Shown one piece after another: positions 17,633-27,574 of a DNA stretch of 58,663 bases. Below the pieces are notes generated by a model. The model worked only from the letters and a program-made list of their open reading frames with translations. It was not told the DNA's origin and searched no databases. Both the position numbers and the translations under genes were made by a program. Position 1 is the first letter of the stretch. Each line of letters opens with the position of its first letter. This DNA is from Candidatus Woesearchaeota archaeon (lineage in GTDB: Archaea; Nanobdellota; Nanobdellia; Pacearchaeales; GW2011-AR1), in assembly GCA_964485325.1 (NCBI GenBank), contig CAZAIT010000001.1, positions 1 through 58,663 on the forward strand. Direction: 5' to 3'.

Positions 17633-17908
17633 ATGGAGAAAGCTAGGCTAAATTATTGGATTGATTTTTTACTTTTGATTTCATTTATAATTATAACTGT
17701 ATCTGGATTTGTTTTAAAATTTGCATTTGTTTCTGGGGAACCTGGTGTTGGTAGGAAAATTTTATTCTTAGGGACTACTAAGATAATGTGGTTACCATGG
17801 CATAGTATTGCTGGAATAGTTATGACTGTTTTAGTATTGGTTCATTTGGTGTTGCATTTTAATTGGATAAAAGCAATGACTAAGACATTGTTCAAGTCCA
17901 AAGTTTAA
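17633..17908 (+). CDS. small polytopic membrane protein (DUF4405-like)
   Basis: Hydrophobic helices with conserved-looking His (WHSIAG, HLVLHFNW). Confidence 0.45.
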   Translation: MEKARLNYWIDFLLLISFIIITVSGFVLKFAFVSGEPGVGRKILFLGTTKIMWLPWHSIAGIVMTVLVLVHLVLHFNWIKAMTKTLFKSKV

Positions 17909-17933
17909 TAAATTGAGAATTCTATTTTATCTT

Positions 17934-19607
17934 ATGAAGAATTTAGTTATTGATTTAATTTCGAAAGAATTGAAGTTAAGTTTGTCTGATGTAAAAAATT
18001 TGGTTGAGATTCCTCCTAGAGATGATATGGGCGATTTTGCATTCCCGTGTTTTAGTTTGGCTAAGAGTCTTAAAAAAAATCCAATGGTAATTGCAGAAGA
18101 TTTAGCTAAGAAGCTTAGAAAAAAGTTACCTAAGGAGATTTCTAATGTAGATTTTAGTGGACCTTATATTAATTTTTTTATTGATAAGAAAATTTTGGCT
18201 AAGGGAGTTTTAACTGAGGTTGTCAAAAAAGGATTTGGAGAGAATGATTTAGGAAAAGGAAAAACTAGGCTAGTTGAATATTCTCAGCCTAATACGCACA
18301 AAGCATTTCATGTTGGGCACATTAGAGGGACTTCTTTGGGTGAAAGTTTAGCAAGAATATTTAGGGTTTCAGGAGAAAAAGTTACTCAGATGAATTATAG
18401 TGGGGATACTGGGATGCATATTGCAAAATGGATTTGGTGTTATAAAAAATATCATGCTAAAGAAAAATTAAAAGATGACGAATCTTGGATTTCTGGAATT
18501 TATGTGGATGCGGTAAAAAGACTTACGAAAAATGAAAAGCTTCAAGAGGAAGTTGATAAGATTAACAATAAGATTGAAAATAAAAGTGACAACGAGATAA
18601 ATGAATTGTGGGAAAAAACTCGTGCTGCTTCTATAAAATCATGGGATAAAATTTATCAAGAACTAGGTGCTCATTTTGATGTTAGTCTATTTGAAAGTGA
18701 GTTTGAAGAAGATGCTAAGGCTAAGGCTTTGGAATTATTGGATAAGAAAATTGCGAAAAAAGACGATGCTGTGTTTATGGATTTAAAAGATTATAATTTG
18801 GGAGTATGGGTTTTGTTGCGTAGAGACGGAACGGTTTTATATTCTGCTAAGGATATCGTTCTTGCATTGAAGAAGTTTAAAGAATTTAAGAGCGATAAGT
18901 ATTTGATTGCGGTTGGTAACGAGCAAGAAGGACATTTTAAACAACTGGTTAAGACTTTGGAATTAATGGGATTTGGGAAAGAGGCTCAAAGATACGAGGT
19001 TCTTCCTTTTGGAATGGTTAGATTCCCAGAAGGAAAAATGAGTTCTAGAACTGGAAAAAATATTTTGTATTCTGAGTTTTCTACAGAGATTATATTTATT
19101 GCAAAAAAAGGAATTATTAAGAGAGGGTACGGCGGAAAGGATATCGATGAAAGGGCAATGAAAATCGCTGTTGCTTCCATAAAATATTCTATGTTAAAGC
19201 AGGATCCTAGGAGAACGATGATTTTTGATCCGAAGCAAGATGTTTCTTTTGAAGGAGACACCGGTCCTTATTTGTTGTATAGTTATGCTAGAGCTTCCAG
19301 TATTATTAGAAAGGTTAAATCTAAGAAAGCGGTTAAAATTTTAGATTTGAAAGATTCAGAAATTAAGTTATTAAAGAAAATTAATGTGTTTGAAGATATT
19401 GTTAAAAAAGCCTATGAGGATTTAGCTCCTAATTTAATTGCTAACTATTGTTTTGAGTTGGCACAGATGTTTAATGAGTTTTATCACTCTTGTCCTGTTA
19501 TGGGGAGCGCAGAAGAAGGACTTAGATTGAAGTTAGTTGATGCTTTTAGAATAACTTTAAAGAAAGGATTAGAACTTTTAGGAATTGAAACAATTGAAGA
19601 GATGTAG
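17934..19607 (+). CDS. argS: arginyl-tRNA synthetase
   Basis: SQPNTHKAFHVGHIRGTSLGESL (HIGH region) and class I ArgRS layout. ATG at 17934 preferred over the TTG at 17913. Confidence 0.9.
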   Translation: MKNLVIDLISKELKLSLSDVKNLVEIPPRDDMGDFAFPCFSLAKSLKKNPMVIAEDLAKKLRKKLPKEISNVDFSGPYINFFIDKKILAKGVLTEVVKKGFGENDLGKGKTRLVEYSQPNTHKAFHVGHIRGTSLGESLARIFRVSGEKVTQMNYSGDTGMHIAKWIWCYKKYHAKEKLKDDESWISGIYVDAVKRLTKNEKLQEEVDKINNKIENKSDNEINELWEKTRAASIKSWDKIYQELGAHFDVSLFESEFEEDAKAKALELLDKKIAKKDDAVFMDLKDYNLGVWVLLRRDGTVLYSAKDIVLALKKFKEFKSDKYLIAVGNEQEGHFKQLVKTLELMGFGKEAQRYEVLPFGMVRFPEGKMSSRTGKNILYSEFSTEIIFIAKKGIIKRGYGGKDIDERAMKIAVASIKYSMLKQDPRRTMIFDPKQDVSFEGDTGPYLLYSYARASSIIRKVKSKKAVKILDLKDSEIKLLKKINVFEDIVKKAYEDLAPNLIANYCFELAQMFNEFYHSCPVMGSAEEGLRLKLVDAFRITLKKGLELLGIETIEEM

Positions 19608-19656
19608 GATAATATCAAATAGGATTGATGTTATTAAAAAAATAATTATTTTTATT

Positions 19657-20205
19657 TTACTTAAGATAATCTAATTTTTTTGTAGATAAATAAATTGTTT
19701 TGTGCCATTTTTGTTTATTTAGTGATTCTTCCCTATCTAATATTTCTCTAGTAACAAAATCATAGGAAAACCAAATTTTTTTATCTTTTATTCCGGTCAG
19801 TCTCAACATGTATTGGTTCATATTTGGGCAATAATCAATTTCTTCTTCAGTATTAGCTGTCGCGTGCAAATGTACTTCGTCTTCTGGTTTTTGGCTATTA
19901 AATGTTACATTTGGTGTTAATAGATTTTCAAGTCCATTTCGAAATTCTGATAAAATATCTGCATTAATTACGGGAATATAATGAAGTGTTTTGCTAAAAT
20001 TCCCATTTCCTTCTAGTGTAAAAGGAATAAGTTTATAATTTTTACAGAAATGAGCTATTTTTTCTTCGATATATTTTTCTTCGGTTTTTATTTGAAAGGG
20101 TCTTACTAAAGTGATATGCGGATGAAAAGATTCTATGTTTTTTGATATTCCTTTAATATAATCTTTCGCATGTCCCCTCAACCAAATTTCCAAATAATGA
20201 CTCAT
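19657..20205 (-). CDS. 2H phosphoesterase family protein (LigT/ThpR-like)
   Basis: Two HxT motifs, HPHITLVRPF and VHLHATAN, at the spacing expected for the 2H fold. Confidence 0.55.
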   Translation of the reverse strand: MSHYLEIWLRGHAKDYIKGISKNIESFHPHITLVRPFQIKTEEKYIEEKIAHFCKNYKLIPFTLEGNGNFSKTLHYIPVINADILSEFRNGLENLLTPNVTFNSQKPEDEVHLHATANTEEEIDYCPNMNQYMLRLTGIKDKKIWFSYDFVTREILDREESLNKQKWHKTIYLSTKKLDYLK

Positions 20206-20273
20206 AAATCACAAAAAGAATAATTGCTTATTAATTTAATTATGATTCAATAGGTAACAATAAAGAATGAATT

Positions 20274-21080
20274 TTATTTCACAACTTTGAAATTTTTCCA
20301 AGCTATTTCAAATAAATTTTCTAATGCTTGTGCAAAGAATTGTGTGTTTAACCAAATTCCAATATCGTAAGTTGGATGTACTTCGTCATCATTTAGAAGC
20401 ATAAACATTAATTGCTCGCTATCTATTAACATGAACCTTGCTCTGAAATCTGCTACGTCCCTAACTTCTGCTACCTTTGCAAAATCCTTAGCAACTTGTT
20501 TGTTTTCTGGGGTTATTGGAGCAGCAACTCTAATTGTAACTCCACGTTTTTTTGCTTTTTCTAGAGAAGGCATTAAGACTTCTAACTTTCGGCTTAATCC
20601 ATCGGCTGTTGTTACTAATGTGATTGTAGATTGAGCTTCTCTTACTAACATGTCTAAATGGTTGTAAATATTTTGTCTTCCTTTTAGAGCTCCCGATAAA
20701 TCTGTTGATTCTATATATTTGATTCCGTCAGAAAATAATCCACTTAATTCTCCAAGAACTTCGTCGCCCTTTAATTTTTCTAATCTCTTAGATTTTTCTT
20801 GAGCTGAAGTTACTAAATTTTTCTTCACTCTCTCTATTACCTCTTCTGGTTTTAGTGCGATAAATTTGATTGGCTTTCCTAGTTTCATTATAATGAAGCC
20901 TTTTCTCTCAAGTGATTCTAAAATGTCGTATGTTCTTGAACGTGGTACATCAGAAATACTAGATAATTCTCCTGCCGTGGAGGTTCCTCTGGATAACAAA
21001 GCCGTCCAGACTTTTACTTCATATAGATTTAAGTCGAATATTTTTCTTAATCTACTTAAAAATTCCTCTTTGACTATCAT
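20274..21080 (-). CDS. trmB: TrmB-family transcriptional regulator
   Basis: N-terminal wHTH LYEVKVWTALLSRGTSTAGELSSISDVPRSRTYDILESLERKGF plus a TrmB-type C-terminal domain. Confidence 0.8.
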   Translation of the reverse strand: MIVKEEFLSRLRKIFDLNLYEVKVWTALLSRGTSTAGELSSISDVPRSRTYDILESLERKGFIIMKLGKPIKFIALKPEEVIERVKKNLVTSAQEKSKRLEKLKGDEVLGELSGLFSDGIKYIESTDLSGALKGRQNIYNHLDMLVREAQSTITLVTTADGLSRKLEVLMPSLEKAKKRGVTIRVAAPITPENKQVAKDFAKVAEVRDVADFRARFMLIDSEQLMFMLLNDDEVHPTYDIGIWLNTQFFAQALENLFEIAWKNFKVVK

Positions 21081-21306
21081 AGTTGTTTTAGTAAGAAAGA
21101 GTATTTAAATGTTTCTCAGTATTGTTTGAATATCCAGTAGTGAAAACAGCTTTTTATCGACGACATTATATTTTATTTAAGTTAATTATCGGTTATTTTT
21201 TCTTTATTTTCCCTGTTTCCCAGTGATTAAATTTAGAAATTAATTTTTCTAGGACGACGTTATTTTAATTGAAAACCCTTATAAATATGTAATTCTCTTC
21301 TCTATT

Positions 21307-24084
21307 ATGGCAATTGATTTTAAATCAGTAGAAGAAGAAGCTAGAAGTGTTTGGAGTAAACACAAAGAAGAAATTAAGTCGGCGGTTCAAGATGATGTTA
21401 ATAAAAAATTATTTTCTTTTTTAGAAGGTCCTCCGACGGCAAATGCACCTCCTGGATTGCATCATCTAGAAGTTAGAACGTTTAAGGATATAATTTGTAA
21501 GTATAAATTTATGAATGGCTTCTCGGTTCCTAGGAAAGGTGGATGGGATTGTCATGGTCTTCCCGTTGAAGTTCAAGTAGAAAAGGCGTTGGGTCTTAAT
21601 TCCAAAAAAGAAGTTTTGACTTATGGAGAGAATAAATTTATTGATAAATGCAAGGTAAGTGTTTTTTCTAATATTGATGAATGGAATGCGTCGACTGAAG
21701 AACTGGATTATTGGGTTGATTTGGATAATCCGTATAGAACATTAGATAATAATTATGTTGAATCGATTTGGTGGAGTTTAAAGGAGTTACATAAAAAAGA
21801 TTTACTTTACGAAGGGAATAAGGTTGTTCCGTTTTGCCCAAGGTGTTCTACTCCGTTATCGAGTCATGAAGTTTCTCAAGGATATAAAGAAGTTAAGGAG
21901 AAATCGCTAATTGTCAAAGTTAAATTAAATGATGATGATAGAAAATTGCTTGTTTGGACTACAACACCATGGACTCTTCCTTCCAATGTGGCTATAGCTG
22001 TTAATCCAAAATTAACATATGTAACAGTTGAGCACGAAGGAGAAAAATTAATTTTAGTAGACACTTTGGTGGAAAATTATTTTGAAGATGCGAAGATTCT
22101 TGAAAAATTTTCTGGGAAGAGTTTAATAAAAAAAACGTATGAACCATTGATGCCTTATTTTAAAGACTTAGAAGGCGCCTTTAAAATAATAGGTGGAGAT
22201 TTTGTAACGACAGAAGATGGAACTGGAATTGTTCATATGGCTCCTGCTTTTGGTGAAGATGATTATGAAGTATGTAAAAATGCAGGAATTCCTTTTGTTC
22301 AGCCGGTTGATCAGTCGGGACATTTTACAAATGAAGTTCCTGATTTTGAAGGGAAATTCATTAAGGATTGTGATAAAGATATCGGGCTAAAACTTCATGA
22401 TGAAGGAAAAGTGTTTAAGGTTTTGAATTACAAGCATGATTATCCTTTCTGTTGGAGATGTGACTCTCCTCTGATGTATTATGCGGTTAAATCTTGGTTT
22501 GTTGCTTCTACGAAAGTTAAGGAGAAAATGATTAAAGAAAATCAGAAAATTAACTGGTTGCCTAAGCATATTAAAGATGGAAGATTCGGGATGTGGCTTG
22601 ATAATATTAAAGATTGGAATTTGTCTAGGTTTAAATTCTGGGGAACTCCGTTGCCGATTTGGAGATGTGAATGTGGAAAGGAAAAAATCATTGGTTCGGT
22701 TGAAGAATTGAGAAAAGAATCAAATAAGGAATTTAAGGAATATGATTTACATAGGCCTTGGATTGATGAACACAAATTAACTTGTGAATGTGGAAAAGAA
22801 ATGACTAGGATTAAAGATGTAATTGATTGTTGGTATGATTCTGGTTCTGCAATATTTGCACAATTCCATTATCCATTTGAAAACAAAGAAGAATTCGAAA
22901 GAAGGTTCCCTTATGATTTTATTTCAGAAGCAATCGACCAAACTCGTGGATGGTTTTATACAATGCATGCTTTGTCTACTATGCTTTTTGATAGCTTAGG
23001 ATACAAGAATGTGGTTTGTGCAGGGCTCATTCTAGATGCTGATGGAGAAAAAATGTCTAAAACTAAAGGTAATATGATTAAACCAAGAGAAATGTTTGAT
23101 TCCGTTGGTGTCGATGCCGTAAGATTACAAATGTGTTCAAATGATACTGGAAACTCTAAAAGATTCTCAGAAGAGATGGTTAGAGATTCTGTTTTGCCTT
23201 TCTTAAATGTCTTATATAATTGTAAAACATATTACTCTCAGCTTAAGAATGAAAAGTTAAACAAGGCTATTGAGGATGAATGGATTTTGAGTAGATTGAA
23301 TCAGGTAATTGGAGAAGTAAATGTGTTTATAGATAACTTTGAAATAGATAAGGCTATGATGGCTGTTAAGGATTTTACCGTTAATGATTTGTCTAGGACA
23401 TATATTAGAATTACAAGAGACAGAATTGATACCAAGGAAATTCTAGGGGAGGTTTTGGAAAAAATTTCTTTAATGTTGGCTCCGTTTGCGCCGTATATCT
23501 CAGAATCTGTTTATCAACTATTTCATATTGGAGAATCGGTACATTTGGCGAAATGGCCAGAGATTAATTCTAAAAATGTTAATAAGAAACTTGAAGAAGA
23601 ATTTGTATATGCATTAGAAGTTATCGAGAAGGGTTTGAAATTTAGAGATAAGAATCAACGTGGTTTGAAATGGCCATTGTCTAAGGCAATTATTAGTTCT
23701 GATAAAAAATTAAGAAAAGAAATTCAGGAAATTGTAATGTCTCAACTGAATGTGAAAAATTTAGAATTTAAAGTTGCAGATGAGTTAGATGTTGAACTGG
23801 ATTTAGAGATGACTCCTGAATTAGAAGCTGAAGGTTTTGCTAGAGAATTATCTAGAAAGATTCAGGCACAGAGAAAAGCTTTGGGTTTGAAAAAAGAAAA
23901 TTCAATTAATTTAAAAATTAATTCTCCGGATATGAAAGAAATTTTATCTACTCAATTAGATTTCTTGAAAGAAAGAACCGGTTCAAAGGATTTAGTTTTC
24001 GTTGATGTTCCAATCAAATCGAAAGATTTAGCAGAGTTTAAGATTAAAGATAAGATGGGTTCTTTTTTAGTAGAAGTTATTTAG
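21307..24084 (+). CDS. ileS: isoleucyl-tRNA synthetase
   Basis: GWDCHGLPVEV, editing-domain insertion, KMSKTKGN (KMSKS loop). HIGH region is degenerate (PPGLHHL). Confidence 0.88.
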   Translation: MAIDFKSVEEEARSVWSKHKEEIKSAVQDDVNKKLFSFLEGPPTANAPPGLHHLEVRTFKDIICKYKFMNGFSVPRKGGWDCHGLPVEVQVEKALGLNSKKEVLTYGENKFIDKCKVSVFSNIDEWNASTEELDYWVDLDNPYRTLDNNYVESIWWSLKELHKKDLLYEGNKVVPFCPRCSTPLSSHEVSQGYKEVKEKSLIVKVKLNDDDRKLLVWTTTPWTLPSNVAIAVNPKLTYVTVEHEGEKLILVDTLVENYFEDAKILEKFSGKSLIKKTYEPLMPYFKDLEGAFKIIGGDFVTTEDGTGIVHMAPAFGEDDYEVCKNAGIPFVQPVDQSGHFTNEVPDFEGKFIKDCDKDIGLKLHDEGKVFKVLNYKHDYPFCWRCDSPLMYYAVKSWFVASTKVKEKMIKENQKINWLPKHIKDGRFGMWLDNIKDWNLSRFKFWGTPLPIWRCECGKEKIIGSVEELRKESNKEFKEYDLHRPWIDEHKLTCECGKEMTRIKDVIDCWYDSGSAIFAQFHYPFENKEEFERRFPYDFISEAIDQTRGWFYTMHALSTMLFDSLGYKNVVCAGLILDADGEKMSKTKGNMIKPREMFDSVGVDAVRLQMCSNDTGNSKRFSEEMVRDSVLPFLNVLYNCKTYYSQLKNEKLNKAIEDEWILSRLNQVIGEVNVFIDNFEIDKAMMAVKDFTVNDLSRTYIRITRDRIDTKEILGEVLEKISLMLAPFAPYISESVYQLFHIGESVHLAKWPEINSKNVNKKLEEEFVYALEVIEKGLKFRDKNQRGLKWPLSKAIISSDKKLRKEIQEIVMSQLNVKNLEFKVADELDVELDLEMTPELEAEGFARELSRKIQAQRKALGLKKENSINLKINSPDMKEILSTQLDFLKERTGSKDLVFVDVPIKSKDLAEFKIKDKMGSFLVEVI

Positions 24085-24086
24085 AT

Positions 24087-24812
24087 TTATTCTTTAAGCT
24101 CTTCAATCGTTTCTTGTTCTAAGAAATGAAGTTCTGTCGGTATAATTAAACAGAAAGGCATTGGGATTTTTTGGTTTTTTAATGTGTCTAAACTATCGTA
24201 AAATATTTTCTGATTTGGTGTTCCAGCATTAGAAACCGCAATTATTTTTTCTGGCAAAGAAATATTAGTTTCTTTTGATGATTCTTGAAGTTGTTCTATC
24301 GCGTTTTCTATTTTTAGTCCGATATCTGTTAGAATTAAAGTATGAGCTTTGATAGATTGGTTTTCTTTTATATAATTCATAAACGAAGTTGGTTTATTTG
24401 TGTGTTCTTCCCAGTTTGGCATTGATGCTGTTTTGCCGAATTTGTAAAGAGAAAGTCCAGTCTCTGCTATAGTTGTCATAATAGATGCATTGTGAAAAAT
24501 TTGGTATGGTATTTTTTGTTTCTTGCACTCAAGAATTAATTGTATATGTGTTGTTGCAGAGAGAGAGTCCCCATAAACTAATAATGCTACGTCTTGGATT
24601 TCTGCTTCTTTGAGTATTGATTCATCTTCTACTTTTGTTCTATCTAGCTCTGTAATTTTAATATTGTATTGAGATTCTAATTTTTCTATTGGATATGGGA
24701 AATTTACAGTATAATTCTCTAAATATATTTTTTCGCAAGTTTTCAGTTTCTCTAGAGCATCTAAGGAGATTGAATTCTTGTTCATACCTATTCCTATTAA
24801 ATAAAGTACCAT
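24087..24812 (-). CDS. dphB: diphthine synthase
   Basis: MVLYLIGIGM... tetrapyrrole-methylase fold start, LVYGDSLSATTH. Start moved to the internal ATG at 24812. Confidence 0.85.
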   Translation of the reverse strand: MVLYLIGIGMNKNSISLDALEKLKTCEKIYLENYTVNFPYPIEKLESQYNIKITELDRTKVEDESILKEAEIQDVALLVYGDSLSATTHIQLILECKKQKIPYQIFHNASIMTTIAETGLSLYKFGKTASMPNWEEHTNKPTSFMNYIKENQSIKAHTLILTDIGLKIENAIEQLQESSKETNISLPEKIIAVSNAGTPNQKIFYDSLDTLKNQKIPMPFCLIIPTELHFLEQETIEELKE

Positions 24813-24842
24813 ATTAAAATACATAAAAAAGGGATTTTAAGT

Positions 24843-25061
24843 TTATGCTTTGTTCCATATAAACGTCATAATAAAGATAAAAACTAAAGGTAAAGCTATT
24901 TTTTTATCGATGGTGTAGAAAACCGTTGCTGCTATTGCGAGTATCCATAAGAGAATTGGAAAATACGGAGATTTTGAGTAAATTTGTTTTTCATCTTTTG
25001 TAACATGTGCGAGTGCGAAGCCCAGTGGAATCGCTAAAATTAATACTAAATATGCTATCAT
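24843..25061 (-). CDS. small membrane protein
   Basis: 72 aa with three hydrophobic segments. Confidence 0.4.
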   Translation of the reverse strand: MIAYLVLILAIPLGFALAHVTKDEKQIYSKSPYFPILLWILAIAATVFYTIDKKIALPLVFIFIMTFIWNKA

Positions 25062-25094
25062 AAGGCTTTTAAGGCAATTTTCCTTTAAATTATT

Positions 25095-25607
25095 ATGGAT
25101 TTCGTAGAAGATATAAAAAATGGAGCGGTATTTATTTATCCTACTGATACTATCTATGGCCTTGGTTGTGACGCGACAAACGCTGAGTCTGTTAGTTTTA
25201 TTAAGAATTTGAAATATAGAGATAAAGATAAGCCTATGAGTGTTATTGCTCCTTCAGTAGAATGGATTAAAGAACATTGTGTTGTTGAAGATGAAATGCT
25301 GGAAAAATATTTACCCGGGCCGTATACTTTAATTATAAAAAAGAAAGATCCTGAATTTATGAAGGACGTTTCTTCTAATGATTGCTTAGGGGTTAGAATT
25401 CCGGATTGTGAATTTACAAAATTGGTTGAGAAGGCAGGTATCCCATTTATTACAACTTCTGTTAATTTAGTTGGAGAACCCTATGCAATTAAGATTAGTG
25501 ATATTTCTGCAGAAATTTTAGATGCTGTAGATATTGTAATTGGAGTTGGAAAACTAGATGGACGACCTTCTATTTTACTTATTGAAGGCAAAGAAATTGT
25601 GCGGTAA
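25095..25607 (+). CDS. tsaC: YrdC/Sua5-domain protein (threonylcarbamoyl-AMP synthase-like)
   Basis: IYPTDTIYGLGCDATN, LGVRIP, TTSVNLVGEP. Confidence 0.85.
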   Translation: MDFVEDIKNGAVFIYPTDTIYGLGCDATNAESVSFIKNLKYRDKDKPMSVIAPSVEWIKEHCVVEDEMLEKYLPGPYTLIIKKKDPEFMKDVSSNDCLGVRIPDCEFTKLVEKAGIPFITTSVNLVGEPYAIKISDISAEILDAVDIVIGVGKLDGRPSILLIEGKEIVR

Positions 25608-25669
25608 AGATTTTTTAGTTGTTATTAATTAAGAGTAACACTTATAAATTAAATTTTTGTATAATTTCT

Positions 25670-26659
25670 ATGAATACTAATTATGAAAATTATGGAGATA
25701 GTCCTTTAGGTAAGATAAGTGGTAAACCTTTTCATAAAATTCCCCTTTCGGATATAAACCCGTTTGTAGATAAAGAATTGGTTTCTACAACTTATGTTTT
25801 GGGTTCGCCTGGATCGGGAAAAAGTAGATTTGTTTCTAGGTTAATGGATGTTTATAATGGTAAATTAGCTATTGAATCTGGTGTTTTTGAATTATTTCAA
25901 AAACATGTTATAGAGTATGGTATTAAAAAGCGGAAGGAAAATAAATTAAATAATGGTCTTGAAGATTGGGATTTTGATATGCCTAATATTGATGGACTGA
26001 GTGTGCATGATAATATGATGATTGGATTTTATATTGATGATGGTTCAGGCCCTAGGAATGCTTCATATAGTGGACCTGGATCGTTTCATTATAGAGAATT
26101 TCTTTCTCATGTTTCTAGTGGTGGAAAATCAGGATTTCCTGATTGGTTATTTATTCCTGTAGGTGAAGATAAATATGCACAAGTAATTTCGTTTCCAGGT
26201 CATCAAAGTATTGATGATTTTTTAGGTGGAAATAACAAATCTATTCCAACTATTAATTCTCCAACTTCTGTTATTTATTTGATAGATCCTGATATTGATG
26301 CTTATGATGTATTTAATACAACTAATGCTAATCTGGCGAGAGACACTAATCCCCCATGGAAAGAGTTGGAGAAACACTTGTCCGACACTCTACGATTAGA
26401 ACTGGATGGAACTTCTACATATTGGTTTTTATCAAAAACTAATTCAGAAAAGTTCGATCTCAATCAGGAAAAGGCAGAAAAGATTTATTCAGATGGAGAA
26501 TATGCAATGGGAGCTAGTAGTGTTATGTTTGATAAATCCGGGAAGAGGGATTATTCTGAGATTGCTAATCGTCTTCCTGATATAGATTTTTCTGATTCAT
26601 TTAAAGATTCTAACGCAATAGTTCATCAGAAGTTTGATAAAATAATTGGTTTAGAGTAA
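25670..26659 (+). CDS. uncharacterised P-loop NTPase with GTPase-like motifs
   Basis: GSPGSGKS (G1), ISFPGHQS (G3-like), FLSKTN (degenerate G4). ATG at 25670. Confidence 0.45.
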   Translation: MNTNYENYGDSPLGKISGKPFHKIPLSDINPFVDKELVSTTYVLGSPGSGKSRFVSRLMDVYNGKLAIESGVFELFQKHVIEYGIKKRKENKLNNGLEDWDFDMPNIDGLSVHDNMMIGFYIDDGSGPRNASYSGPGSFHYREFLSHVSSGGKSGFPDWLFIPVGEDKYAQVISFPGHQSIDDFLGGNNKSIPTINSPTSVIYLIDPDIDAYDVFNTTNANLARDTNPPWKELEKHLSDTLRLELDGTSTYWFLSKTNSEKFDLNQEKAEKIYSDGEYAMGASSVMFDKSGKRDYSEIANRLPDIDFSDSFKDSNAIVHQKFDKIIGLE

Positions 26660-26773
26660 GTATATATTGTGTTAAATAAAATAAGAAGAAAAATTGTAAT
26701 TGTTGATGGAAAAAAGATAGGTCGTTAGATTTTCTTGCCCAACTTTTTTAAACATCTTTTCTTTTGTTTCTCT

Positions 26774-27574
26774 ATGAAATATATTGATGTTCATGCGCAT
26801 TTGGATATGGATCGTTTTAATGATGATTTAGATGAAGTTGTGGTTCGAGCTAAAGAGAATGATTGTTTTATTGTGAGTTCTGGGACAAATCCTAGTGCGA
26901 ATAGAAAAGTTTTGGAATTTTCTAAGAAATATGAAAATGTTTTAGCTTCGTTTGGAATTTATCCTATTGATGGAATTATTAGAGAGTTTCCTAGTTTGCA
27001 GGATGATGGCCCTCGTGAGATTATTTCTTTTGATGTTGATGAGGAGTTAAAATGGATTGAGGAACATAAAGATGAATGTGTTTTGATTGGTGAAATTGGT
27101 TTAGATTTTAAAGTTGTTGAAGCGACGCCAGAAATTAGAGAGGCTCAGATTAAAAATTTCGAGAAGATTATTGAGTTTGCAAAAAGAATTGATAAAACTA
27201 TATTGATTCATACTCGTGGTGCTGAGTTAGAATGTATTGAATTGTTGGAAAAACATAATTGTAAAAAAGTTATTATGCATTGTTTTAGTGGGAAGAAAGC
27301 TTTGATTAGGCGAATCGTTGAGAATGGTTGGTTTTTGAGTGTGCCGGCTGTGATTACTCGGCTTGACCATTTTAAGATGCTTGTTGCAATGACACCTTTA
27401 GAACAAATATTGACAGAGACAGATTCTCCTTATTTATCTCCTGTAACTAGAGAAAGGAATGAACCAGTTAATGTTATGATAACAGTTAAAGAGATTGCGA
27501 AGATTAAGGAATTAGATGAAGAAGTTGTTAAAGAGAAAATTGTTGAGAACACTGAAAAATTATTAAATTTATGA
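26774..27574 (+). CDS. tatD: TatD-family metal-dependent hydrolase
   Basis: MKYIDVHAHLD, GEIGLD, ILIHTR, VIMHCFSG, ETDSPYL. Confidence 0.88.
   Translation: MKYIDVHAHLDMDRFNDDLDEVVVRAKENDCFIVSSGTNPSANRKVLEFSKKYENVLASFGIYPIDGIIREFPSLQDDGPREIISFDVDEELKWIEEHKDECVLIGEIGLDFKVVEATPEIREAQIKNFEKIIEFAKRIDKTILIHTRGAELECIELLEKHNCKKVIMHCFSGKKALIRRIVENGWFLSVPAVITRLDHFKMLVAMTPLEQILTETDSPYLSPVTRERNEPVNVMITVKEIAKIKELDEEVVKEKIVENTEKLLNL

Noticed and set aside
21133-21270. Short direct repeats in the trmB-ileS divergent region (GACGACATTATATTTTA / GACGACGTTATTTTAAT; CCAGTAGTGA / CCAGTGATTA) as TrmB operators.
   Set aside because: They are short and imperfect, and they do not match the TrmB palindromes I remember. 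They cannot be distinguished from chance without comparative data.
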